Shown piece after piece: positions 26,626-35,536 of a stretch of 64,000 nucleotides of DNA. The notes under the pieces are model-generated. The model made no database searches and had not been told where the DNA came from. It saw only the letters and a list, made by a program, of their open reading frames with translations. The DNA lies in assembly GCA_001805445.1 (NCBI GenBank), contig MHGF01000028.1, positions 73,651 to 137,650 on the forward strand. The letters are read 5' to 3'. The translations under genes and the position numbers were made by a program. The DNA is from Omnitrophica WOR_2 bacterium GWF2_43_52 (GTDB lineage: Bacteria > Omnitrophota > Gorgyraeia > Gygaellales > UBA12090). Position 1 is the first letter of the stretch, and every line of letters starts with the position of its first letter.

Positions 26626-29541
26626 TTATTTCTGTATTTTCTTAAGCGGAATGTTATGCTTAAAACTCATTCCTTCGGTAACCTGAAAATCTTTATAGAT
26701 GGAAACGGAAGGCAGATACTCCGCGGGTAAACTCTCCAAATCCAAAGTCACGGTATGCGCGCCTACCTCAACCCTAAAAGAATATTTTCCGGAACTATCA
26801 GTTTTTGCCTTGGTGCCGTCTTCTAAAATTACACTCAGGCCTCTTATCCCTTTATCATCAGAATCTAATACTCCATTAGCATTGGTATCCTCAAACACAA
26901 TACCGCTTATTTCCGAACGATTGCTTAATCCAAAGTCAATTCTCGTTGTCTGGCCATGGCTCATTTTTATTTCCTGGGTCAGGCCGGATAACAACATATA
27001 GCCTAGAGGGATAGTCTTGGTATCAATACTCACATAGGCCTTCTTTGCCTTTACCTTGGTTAAACGGTAATAACCGGATGCGTCAGTATCTATTGATTTT
27101 TCCTTGCCTAACCAAAGCTTTACTCCGGAAATCCCCAGCTCATTTGATTCCTTAAGCCCATCCTGATTATCATCGTTAAACACATAGCCGTCTATCGTGC
27201 CAATAGACTCCCATTTAACCCCCGTATCCCAGACATAGCGCATTCCGGTATTAAAGTTTGCTTCCATGCGTTTAGACGCGTTTGGATTTTCCGCCCAGAT
27301 ATTGCGGAAACGGCAGGAACCAAAAATTTCCATGTCGCTATTGGGCCGGTAGGCCAATTCCGCGTAGTTCTCAATATAATCTTCACCCGCGAAGAACCCA
27401 AGATTAGAAACCGTCTTTTCCTCATCGCGATAGCTAAAACGGAAATTCCCGTAAAAAGGAGACGCCTTGCCGAGGGATCCATACCATTCAACGCCTGTTT
27501 CATAGGCATGCGGCATGGTATGATTACCGTTAAATCTCTCTTCAAACCAGTTCAGGTCCTTATTAAAATAATAATACAAATCGCCGATAATGCCAAACCG
27601 CAAGCCGGCAGTAAATTTATCGTTGATATAATCCGAAAGCGGCGATGAAAAACTTTTATTTTCCTGATGATAATAATTCGCGTAGGTATTAATATCCCGC
27701 AGCAACCTGAACTTGCGGGTTACCCCAATGCCGGAGCTTTGGTAGCGTACCTGGCTTACCCTTCCTAGTTGATTTGACAGATTATAACTTAAGCTATAGT
27801 ATGTCACAGGGTCTGCCTGATAATTAGCGTTCCAGCGGACGTCTTCATTCAGACGCGTATCGTTATCCAAAGCCGGATTAATCGTATCCCTATAGACGTT
27901 TACACTGCTATTAATGCCTAATTTCTCCGTAGGCGAATAACTTAAATCAAAAAGCCCGCCCTGCTCTCCCTGACGTGAAGCTGATCCCCGCACTGTGTTA
28001 TAATTCTTATCAATATCCCTAAATTCCGCGCTGGCAACAAACTTAGGCTGATTATAGGTAGCCTTCAAAATATGGGCAAAACGTTCTGTATTATTGGCTA
28101 TTTCATACTGCAGGCCCCAAATATCATTAAGCCTCCAAGTGCTGGCTAAATCATAGGCATAGGAATTCAAGGCGCTTTGCCGGTCATGGCCCCATCCATG
28201 GGCAACATTGAACTTATAATTTTGTTTCTTTGTTGGTGAAAAGCTAAAATTTACCCCTTCAAGGAATAGATCATTTTTAGTAAATACCCCCGGAGTAATA
28301 TTCCCGAACGACCCTCCAGATTCCCGGCCATGATAGACACTATAATCAAGCTTGTTATTTAACATCGCAGCCTTCACCATTGCCCCGCGTAAGGCTACGT
28401 TTGAAACCGCAAGGTTTGAGGCAAATACAGGATAAAAATCAAAACCCCTGACGTCAAAGCCTTTAAACGGCCCAATGCGGCTATTGGTAAGGCCTGCGGT
28501 ATAATAGGTAAATTCCAAACTGGTTTTAAACCTTTGTACCACAGCATAAGAATCAAAAGCCCCATAGGGTGTATCACCGGCTAACCCAAAACCCTGAGAT
28601 GAAGAATAACTGATGCGGTTAAAACTCGCTACTCTCCTGCCACTTTCTATTGATGACCAGTCAAAGGCATAACGCAGTTTAAAATTACCCGCTTTTTCCG
28701 CCTCAAGCCGCTGCGCTTCTTCATACGAATTTACTATTTCCGGCAAAACCCCGAAGATTTCTATGGTTGAGCGCCCCCGGTCATCCCAAATATGTAACTC
28801 GGTATACCCAACATTCTTTCCGCTAAGTAAAAGCTCGTCCACCCCCTGCTTTTGCGCATCAATAATATTGGCTTCCGTAACCAAAAACCGCTGGATATTC
28901 CTACCGGAAAACACGATGCTTTCACCTAACTCTATCTCCAAAGGCTGGGTTGCCGTGCTTAAATATTCCTCTAAGATAAGCAGGGTAGGTTTTAAGGCTT
29001 CCTTCTTGAGCGCGTCTTTCGCGGGCACCTTAACAGCCCGCGAAGAAGGAATGGAGGCAACTGATGACTTCTCAAATTGTTTCAATTCCTTATCTATAAG
29101 CTTATTTTTTTTCTGTAATTCTGTTTTTGCGGTCGCGGCTAGTTTTTGAGAGGCAGAAGATATAGGATGCTCAGCTTTCTCTAACGCTTTAGAGACAGCA
29201 TCCTTTGATTTTAACTCTTTAACGCTTGGGGCTTCTTGAGCAGGCTCTATCACCGGCTCAAAGGTTTCCTGAGCAAAAGGCGCTTTAATCTTTACAGCTT
29301 GGGGGGGCTCATTCTTTTTTATTCCTTCAATGAGCCTGATATAGCGCATAGCCAGTTCATTATCTGACTGGATAAGGATGGCCTTATTAAATTCATGCAA
29401 GGCATCGTCGTAATCACCTTCATTATACAACTTTATCGCGTATTCACACAAAAAATAGGGGATTTCCGTATAGGCGTAAAGAGGATACTGTTGACCGCTA
29501 AGAAAAGCTATCAACAGAAATAAGCTGATTATCTTTTTCAC
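26626..29541 (-). CDS. Large outer-membrane/secreted protein: signal peptide, TPR-like N-region, CpaC-N-like domain, predicted beta-barrel region, three C-terminal Cna-B/SdrD-B-type repeats
   Basis: LEIELGESIVFSGRNIQRFLVTEANIIDA...LLSGKNVGYTELHIW resembles Flp-pilus secretin N-domain; aromatic/Asn/Gly-rich middle; GYVFNDDNQDG.../GIVFEDTNANG... repeats. Confidence 0.5.
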   Translation of the reverse strand: MKKIISLFLLIAFLSGQQYPLYAYTEIPYFLCEYAIKLYNEGDYDDALHEFNKAILIQSDNELAMRYIRLIEGIKKNEPPQAVKIKAPFAQETFEPVIEPAQEAPSVKELKSKDAVSKALEKAEHPISSASQKLAATAKTELQKKNKLIDKELKQFEKSSVASIPSSRAVKVPAKDALKKEALKPTLLILEEYLSTATQPLEIELGESIVFSGRNIQRFLVTEANIIDAQKQGVDELLLSGKNVGYTELHIWDDRGRSTIEIFGVLPEIVNSYEEAQRLEAEKAGNFKLRYAFDWSSIESGRRVASFNRISYSSSQGFGLAGDTPYGAFDSYAVVQRFKTSLEFTYYTAGLTNSRIGPFKGFDVRGFDFYPVFASNLAVSNVALRGAMVKAAMLNNKLDYSVYHGRESGGSFGNITPGVFTKNDLFLEGVNFSFSPTKKQNYKFNVAHGWGHDRQSALNSYAYDLASTWRLNDIWGLQYEIANNTERFAHILKATYNQPKFVASAEFRDIDKNYNTVRGSASRQGEQGGLFDLSYSPTEKLGINSSVNVYRDTINPALDNDTRLNEDVRWNANYQADPVTYYSLSYNLSNQLGRVSQVRYQSSGIGVTRKFRLLRDINTYANYYHQENKSFSSPLSDYINDKFTAGLRFGIIGDLYYYFNKDLNWFEERFNGNHTMPHAYETGVEWYGSLGKASPFYGNFRFSYRDEEKTVSNLGFFAGEDYIENYAELAYRPNSDMEIFGSCRFRNIWAENPNASKRMEANFNTGMRYVWDTGVKWESIGTIDGYVFNDDNQDGLKESNELGISGVKLWLGKEKSIDTDASGYYRLTKVKAKKAYVSIDTKTIPLGYMLLSGLTQEIKMSHGQTTRIDFGLSNRSEISGIVFEDTNANGVLDSDDKGIRGLSVILEDGTKAKTDSSGKYSFRVEVGAHTVTLDLESLPAEYLPSVSIYKDFQVTEGMSFKHNIPLKKIQK

Positions 29542-29552
29542 TTATATTTTTA

Positions 29553-30440
29553 TCATTTTAACTGGCCAACCCTGTTGACCTTACCGTTATAGCCAAATTC
29601 TATTTCCGCTTCTTTAGTAATAATCGGGCCCCTGCCTAAGCCGGCTTCTTCCTGGGCTTTTCCTATGTCAACAGTTACTACCATATCATAGGCCCCTTCA
29701 GGTATCGGCTCGTTATGGATATCCCAGTTTGCCTTAAGCTTAGCTGTATCACCGGGAAATGTATACGCCTTATTAAATCCCGAGCGGGCATAGACAACGC
29801 CTTTTTTATCTATAACGTGGAAGGTGCCACCTGCGGTAATATCCACGTTACCGGTATTCTTAACATCAAGCTCTATCTCAAGCCTGTTTTTGTAGGGTTC
29901 TCTTTCTACGCTGAGGTTATCTATAATTCCTTCGCGTTTGGTTGCCCCTTTAATTTCTACATACACTATCGTCCCCACCCTGACCGTCAAATCAATGGCG
30001 GCACGGTCTTCTTTCGCAGGCTCTGCCTGGCCAAAGACGGTTTCATGGAACAAGACAGCATAATAGCCGCCTTCCACATCTTTATCCGGGACACTAATAG
30101 TATAATGTATTTTTTGCTGTGCTTGGGGAGGGAGGATAAATTCCTGCGGGGTAAATTTTATCCAAGGGGCGCAGGAACGTTGGGTAGAGCCCGCGGGGAA
30201 GAATTCCTTGGCGCCATCAGCGCCGGGGGCATAGCGCCAGTCTTCAAGGTATAAACGGATACTTCGTGTTTCTGAACTAGGATTAGAGAGGACCAGCTCG
30301 CCAAAATATTTCTCACCCTTAGCAATAACGTGCCGGACCTTCGGCTGGCTCATTACCGGCAGGTCTACTGCCCGGGAAAGATTGGTAAAGCTGACAAGAA
30401 AAAAAGATGCAATAAATACTATTTTCTTAATGCTTGGCAA
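29553..30440 (-). CDS. Periplasmic PapD-like pilus chaperone candidate (probable TTG start at 30440)
   Basis: Signal peptide; KYFGELVLSNPSSETRSIRLYLEDW resembles chaperone N-domain; AAGGAGA RBS 7 nt before TTG. Confidence 0.45.
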   Translation of the reverse strand: MPSIKKIVFIASFFLVSFTNLSRAVDLPVMSQPKVRHVIAKGEKYFGELVLSNPSSETRSIRLYLEDWRYAPGADGAKEFFPAGSTQRSCAPWIKFTPQEFILPPQAQQKIHYTISVPDKDVEGGYYAVLFHETVFGQAEPAKEDRAAIDLTVRVGTIVYVEIKGATKREGIIDNLSVEREPYKNRLEIELDVKNTGNVDITAGGTFHVIDKKGVVYARSGFNKAYTFPGDTAKLKANWDIHNEPIPEGAYDMVVTVDIGKAQEEAGLGRGPIITKEAEIEFGYNGKVNRVGQLK

Positions 30441-30460
30441 AAATCTCCTTTCCATTTTTT

Positions 30461-30620
30461 TGCTTTACTAGGTTGTTATACACTTTAGTTAACGCTGAAA
30501 AAGCATGTCAATCGGCAACGGCTAGGGTAACGAAGCCCGTATCGTCTAAAGGCAACGGTAACGTCTAAGACGACAATCCTCACCGAACTACGAAACGGGC
30601 ATCGTCACCGTAGCCCGTAC
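30461..30620. repeat. Conserved ~150-nt element, copy B, in the chaperone/pilin intergenic gap
   Basis: ~80% identical to 1-170 including compensatory stem changes. Confidence 0.5.
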
Positions 30621-30755
30621 ACTTTACCAAATATAGGATTTTTCAGGTAAACTAATTTATATTATATAAATGCTCTTCTTCAACGGTAGAGAGCAGTATT
30701 GATTATAGATATAGCCTCTACCGTCTCCAAAGAATAGCCGCTCTATTAACCCAGT

Positions 30756-31367
30756 TTACGGAGCAAGGGTTAAGGTTACACTACCGGTATACGTTCCACC
30801 CGGCTGCGTGGCATTAATAGGTCTTACCCCCGGGTTATCCGTAGTATTTCCTGTGCCTATGCCATAATAGATTCGTAACCATCCCGTTGAATTAGTGCCA
30901 AGTATTTGGGCCTTAGTAAATGTTGCCGCTGACCCAGTTGCATTGGCATAGCTTAATTCAGCCAAAGGAGTAAGAACACTCGTATTACTACTAAGCTGTC
31001 GGATAAAGTCAACATTGATGTTATTATTAAGAGTTGCGTTACCATTGGCCACGTTTGTACGCGCATGCGTAAGCGTCCAGGCATTCCCGGTATTATCAAC
31101 TACCCCGCAATCTACCGCATAATAGGAAGTGGGGAGAAAAATACCAAGAGTTGAATTATAGGTCAAGGTTCCGAAATCAATGCTGGTTGCATTTGCCCAA
31201 GTGGTGCCAGTAACCCTAGAAACTGTCAAATTCAATGTGCTTGATGTTGGAATAACCGCTCTTACGGTTACTGTCTGCGTGCCGCCGGCATAACAAAACA
31301 AAGGCACCCCTACTAATAACGCCCCAATTATCAGGGCAAATATTATATCACCTGTCTTTTTCTTCAT
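30756..31367 (-). CDS. Secreted spore-coat-U (SCPU)/Csu-type pilin-like protein
   Basis: Signal peptide, Thr/Asn/Gly-rich beta protein, N-terminal TQTVTVRAVIP and C-terminal GGTYTGSVTLTLAP like Csu/SCPU subunits. Confidence 0.5.
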   Translation of the reverse strand: MKKKTGDIIFALIIGALLVGVPLFCYAGGTQTVTVRAVIPTSSTLNLTVSRVTGTTWANATSIDFGTLTYNSTLGIFLPTSYYAVDCGVVDNTGNAWTLTHARTNVANGNATLNNNINVDFIRQLSSNTSVLTPLAELSYANATGSAATFTKAQILGTNSTGWLRIYYGIGTGNTTDNPGVRPINATQPGGTYTGSVTLTLAP

Positions 31368-31480
31368 TGTATCCTCCCTTTTATTAATAATATTCCTAAA
31401 ACTTTACTTTCCATCAATTCTTTCTCTTTTTTCTACTTACTACTCACTACTCGAAAACCAACACCTCCCCTCCCTAAAAT

Positions 31481-32893
31481 TTATATTTCTAACAAAGAAT
31501 AGCTAATCTTTGTCGAATAATCTCCTGCCTTGACATCCATCGGGCTGGCTAATTCATAAACAGCCCTGAATTTATCCGATGAACCCGCGTCATCTGAAAC
31601 AAACAAAACTACATCTCCCGGACTTACCTCCTGGCTCTGAGGAATCTTTAAGACTCCCTTCGTTTCCATTGCCTCGGTCTTTACGGTAAAATATTTCGGC
31701 TTTATCACATTGCCTTCTTTATCAGACAAGGCCGCGATAACATTCTGGTTGACCTGATATTTTTTTCCTGTATTAGTCTTAATTTCGATAACCACCTCAT
31801 TTTTTTTCGTTCCTTCGCCGGGCTTAATATCACGAAACTCTATCCCCGCTCCGGGTTCCTGAGGGGTAAGTATAATATCAAAGACCTGTTCATTCTCTAC
31901 TTCCAGCTCCAGTGTTTTACGGTCAAGCTCTATCCCCATTTCTTCAATACTGTATTGCAGGCGGGAACGGTATCTTCCTGCCCGGCTAACCTCTGAATCT
32001 TCCAAACGATACCTTATGCTAAATCCGGCATCTGCTTCACCAGTGGGTTTTGAGGTATAGACAACCTGAGGGCTATCCGACAATACTCCTGGCGCCGGAA
32101 CCGTGCCAAGCTTTACTCCGGAGACTTCTATAGCTATTATTTTGGGCTCAAGAGACTTACCTTCTACGGTTTCAAGGGGCTTAAGCAGGGTCTGTTTTAT
32201 AGTAAATGGTTTTGTATGGCTTCCATTGAGTGTAACGCTAACATCGCATAGTTTCTTTTCTTCGCTCTTTGAATTAAGGTAAATAACGCTTGAGCCGCTG
32301 GCTGTGGTTACCTCAAGAGATGGCTTCATTGCTGCCTCATCAGCCTTTACTATTAAAATCACATTCAAGATTGTAGAAATTGAACTTTGCCCGGAGCCTA
32401 CGGGAATAAAGGTAAATCTCATCTGCCCGCGGTATAAGTCAGGAGTAATTCCTTGCGGGGCTACATACGTATATATTAAAGTAAAAGAATCGGGAGAACC
32501 GTTTTGGTTTGAAGTATAGAGTACAGAATTAGTGAGCGCTTCGGGGTTAACCTTTAACCTGCCGAATCTATTGGTTCCTGACAGGCCGGAGACTAAAAAA
32601 CTACTCCAGGGAATCTCACTTCCTTTGGCATTACGCAGAGCCGAAAATGGCTCCTGGCGTATCTCGTATTGCGCGCTTGTGCCTAATATCTCAACATCAA
32701 CTTCGCTATTGACTTCACGATAGAGGGAACTGCCCTGAGAAAAGCTCAACTCCTGAGCGCCGGAATGAGGCCTTGCGGTAAGAGAAACATCGGCAAAACA
32801 ATTAGGATAGAAAAGGAGAAAAGATAAAAAAAGACCCACACACACACTTGAAGCCTTCAATAAATAAGGGTATTTTATTTTCATGGATTTCAC
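31481..32893 (-). CDS. Secreted 470-aa protein with SCPU-like C-terminal motif (tip/adhesin-like subunit candidate)
   Basis: Signal peptide; ends GDYSTKISYSLLEI; beta-rich. Confidence 0.4.
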   Translation of the reverse strand: MKSMKIKYPYLLKASSVCVGLFLSFLLFYPNCFADVSLTARPHSGAQELSFSQGSSLYREVNSEVDVEILGTSAQYEIRQEPFSALRNAKGSEIPWSSFLVSGLSGTNRFGRLKVNPEALTNSVLYTSNQNGSPDSFTLIYTYVAPQGITPDLYRGQMRFTFIPVGSGQSSISTILNVILIVKADEAAMKPSLEVTTASGSSVIYLNSKSEEKKLCDVSVTLNGSHTKPFTIKQTLLKPLETVEGKSLEPKIIAIEVSGVKLGTVPAPGVLSDSPQVVYTSKPTGEADAGFSIRYRLEDSEVSRAGRYRSRLQYSIEEMGIELDRKTLELEVENEQVFDIILTPQEPGAGIEFRDIKPGEGTKKNEVVIEIKTNTGKKYQVNQNVIAALSDKEGNVIKPKYFTVKTEAMETKGVLKIPQSQEVSPGDVVLFVSDDAGSSDKFRAVYELASPMDVKAGDYSTKISYSLLEI

Positions 32894-32974
32894 ACCCCTT
32901 TTCAGTTTTATTTTACTCCCTCAGCCTGATAGTGTCAAGCAAAATAATCTCAATTTCTATAACAAAACAAAAAG

Positions 32975-33004
32975 CCGGATTGACCCATTTCTGTCAATCC
33001 GGCC
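32975..33004 (-). terminator. Hairpin GCCGGATTGAC-N8-GTCAATCCGGC followed on minus strand by U-run
   Basis: Seen directly; related hairpin sharing GTCAATCCGGC at 49904-49932. Confidence 0.55.
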
Positions 33005-33718
33005 ATAAAATTCTCCCACCTTACGGTGAGGCTATCGTGGCAGCCCTTGACTACCTCCATAATCAAGGACACCGGACCTAAAATGTTTTAAAAAACTTAA
33101 TTAAAGTATATACCGCAAGACAACTTTTGTCAAGTACAATTGCTCTGTTGAGCTGTTGCTAACTCAATTCTCAATGAATGAATAAACGACACTAAAAACA
33201 CTTTTTCGCTAGTTGACAAATACATCTGCCCCTTAATCCTGCAGTAGAAATGCTCTACCCTGCACCTCGTATCCTGCTTTCTGACTACGTAGAGCGTTGG
33301 TTTAGGCAAAATATCGCTCGATTGGGCAATACTGCTAATCCTACAAACCAAATGACGATGTACACAGCTGCGCACCCCCTTCTGCTCCATAAATTCAGAG
33401 CTCGAGAGGATCCTCTGCTTTCGATCATCAGAAGTAATATTTTTAAATAGCAGGTTTCGCATCGTCTCACCTTTGATTGAATAATCCATACGCATTACCT
33501 TACTTTAAGAATTTGCACCACCGTGGCTGGCAGAGAAATAATACTATTTTAAAAAGTTTTTATTAACTACTTACAACAACATCTTACTTAAAGTATACCA
33601 CCAATTACCTTAAATTCAATAGTAAAACAGCTATATTTTGGAAGCGTTTTCCTGAATAGTCGTAACGGAAGGACTCAAGATGTCAACAAGTGAGCACGAA
33701 AGGAAATTTTAAATAATC

Positions 33719-34354
33719 TTACTTACTCTTTTTAAAATTTAGACGTGGCTCTTTATTCTGTAACATCCTTATAATATTAGGCTTATGGCGGATGATTATA
33801 AATGATGAAAGGCACAGGCTTGCAGATATTAAGGGCAGGGGTTGTTTTAAAATTATAAAAAAGATAGGGAAAAAGACCGCGCTGACTATGGACGCAAGGG
33901 ATACAATTTTACTTAACATAAAAACAATAAGCCAAAGCAAAACCTCAGCCAAAAGAATAAGTTTAAGCGCGGGGAATTTAAGGGCTAAGCCAATCAAAAC
34001 ACCCAAAGTTGTTGCCATGCCCTTGCCCCCCTTAAACCTCAGGAAGATAGTCAGGCTATGCCCTACTACCGCGGCAACACCACATAAAACCCTCAAGACT
34101 AATTCATCAACAGGCGCGCCGAGCTTAAGGCAATAATCCGCGATACCGGCTACACACACAACTCCCTTAAGAGCATCGAGCGCCAATACGCTAATGCCCA
34201 TACGCTTGCCCAAGACCCTAAAAGCATTGGTCGCTCCTACATTTCCAGAACCATATTTCCTGATATCTATACCCTTGGCTATTTTACCGAAAATGTAAGC
34301 GGTAGGTATCGAGCCAACCAGATAACTAAGAAGTATGCCGAGGCTCAGAAGCAT
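33719..34354 (-). CDS. plsY: Glycerol-3-phosphate acyltransferase PlsY
   Basis: LVGSIPTAYIFGK...GSGNVGATN motif. Confidence 0.9.
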   Translation of the reverse strand: MLLSLGILLSYLVGSIPTAYIFGKIAKGIDIRKYGSGNVGATNAFRVLGKRMGISVLALDALKGVVCVAGIADYCLKLGAPVDELVLRVLCGVAAVVGHSLTIFLRFKGGKGMATTLGVLIGLALKFPALKLILLAEVLLWLIVFMLSKIVSLASIVSAVFFPIFFIILKQPLPLISASLCLSSFIIIRHKPNIIRMLQNKEPRLNFKKSK

Positions 34355-34955
34355 ATAAAACCTTTAACCCTTTCTTTAAATAATCTACTGCTGAGAAAAC
34401 TGTAAAAACAGCCGCGAACATTACGATGTACATACTATAGCGAAACTGCAGTAAGACCGCGATTATCGTCAACATCTGAAACAGCGTTGCATACTTACCC
34501 CAGCGGCTTGGGGTAAGCACCAATTCATCCTTCGTGACATAAATCACTGCTGAGCCAAAAAGAATGAGTGCGTCACGGCTTAAGACGGTTATCACAAGCC
34601 ATAACGGCACGTTTATGCCTTGAGGGAAGGTATCCTTTATGTAAATAAAAATAAACGCGCTCGATAAAAGCACCTTATCCGCCAGAGGGTCAAGAATAGT
34701 GCCTGCCTTGGTCTTCTGCTTCATCACCCGCGCGAGGAAACCATCGAGAGCATCAGAGAAAACCGCCAGAAGGAATATCGATAGCGCAACAAATCGCAAG
34801 TGGTCACGATATGGCTGATAATATAAAATAGCGGCGATAAAAAAAGGGACAGAAATAATCCTGAAAATAGAAACCTTGTTGGCAAAGGTCATTGCCCCTT
34901 GAGCCTTGGTGGTCATCGAATTATCCTGATACGGTTTTCCGGCCACAGAGGCCAA
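34326..34955 (-). CDS. pgsA: CDP-alcohol phosphatidyltransferase (PgsA-like)
   Basis: D-G-x2-A-R motif SDALDGFLAR. Confidence 0.8.
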   Translation of the reverse strand: MASVAGKPYQDNSMTTKAQGAMTFANKVSIFRIISVPFFIAAILYYQPYRDHLRFVALSIFLLAVFSDALDGFLARVMKQKTKAGTILDPLADKVLLSSAFIFIYIKDTFPQGINVPLWLVITVLSRDALILFGSAVIYVTKDELVLTPSRWGKYATLFQMLTIIAVLLQFRYSMYIVMFAAVFTVFSAVDYLKKGLKVLYASEPRHTS

Positions 34956-35536
34956 AAGATTACAATTGCCTTACCCAAAATATTCTTTTGAGGAACAAAT
35001 CCCCAATAGCGGCTGTCAGATGAGGAAGCAGAATTATCCCCCAAGACATAATACGAATCCTCGGGCACACGGACAACCTGTTCTTCCATGCCAAAAGTAC
35101 TTTCAGGCTTATTATAATAGGTGTGGTTATAGATAAACGGATCCTTACAGACAACCCCATTAATATAGATATTCCCCCCGCGTATCTCTACCGTTTCACC
35201 CGGCAAAGCGACTAAACGCTTGATGAAATCCTTTTTGGGGTCCTGGGTTGAAATAAACACAATCACATCTCCCCGTTTTGGCTTACGAAGGGCGGGCAAT
35301 CGCATAGCGGTAAAGGGAACCCTTGCCCCATAGATGAATTTATTCACCAATATCCTGTCTCCTTCAATGAGGGTCATACGCATTGAGCCGCTGGGTATTT
35401 TAAACGGCTGAATGATAAAATGACGGATAAAAAGCGCCAAAAGAAGGGCGACGACTATTGACTCTACCCACTCCCAGATTACTGACTTCACTTTTTCTTT
35501 CTGATGAGCTGGTGACGCGGCCGTGTGGTGGCTCAT
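34913..35536 (-). CDS. lepB: Signal peptidase I
   Basis: SGSMRMTL, GDRILVNKF and GDNSASSSDSRYWG boxes. Confidence 0.85.
   Translation of the reverse strand: MSHHTAASPAHQKEKVKSVIWEWVESIVVALLLALFIRHFIIQPFKIPSGSMRMTLIEGDRILVNKFIYGARVPFTAMRLPALRKPKRGDVIVFISTQDPKKDFIKRLVALPGETVEIRGGNIYINGVVCKDPFIYNHTYYNKPESTFGMEEQVVRVPEDSYYVLGDNSASSSDSRYWGFVPQKNILGKAIVIFWPLWPENRIRIIR

Noticed and set aside
33221-33300. Possible SRP (4.5S) RNA because of a GUCAG...AGCAGG stretch
   Set aside because: Lacks the conserved domain IV motifs (AGGUCAGG / GGAAGGAAGCAGCC) and a GNRA tetraloop.
33130-33495. 121-aa minus-strand ORF in the plsY/fibre-cluster gap
   Set aside because: Low-complexity sequence, no RBS, no recognisable motif; kept only as a possibility in a finding.
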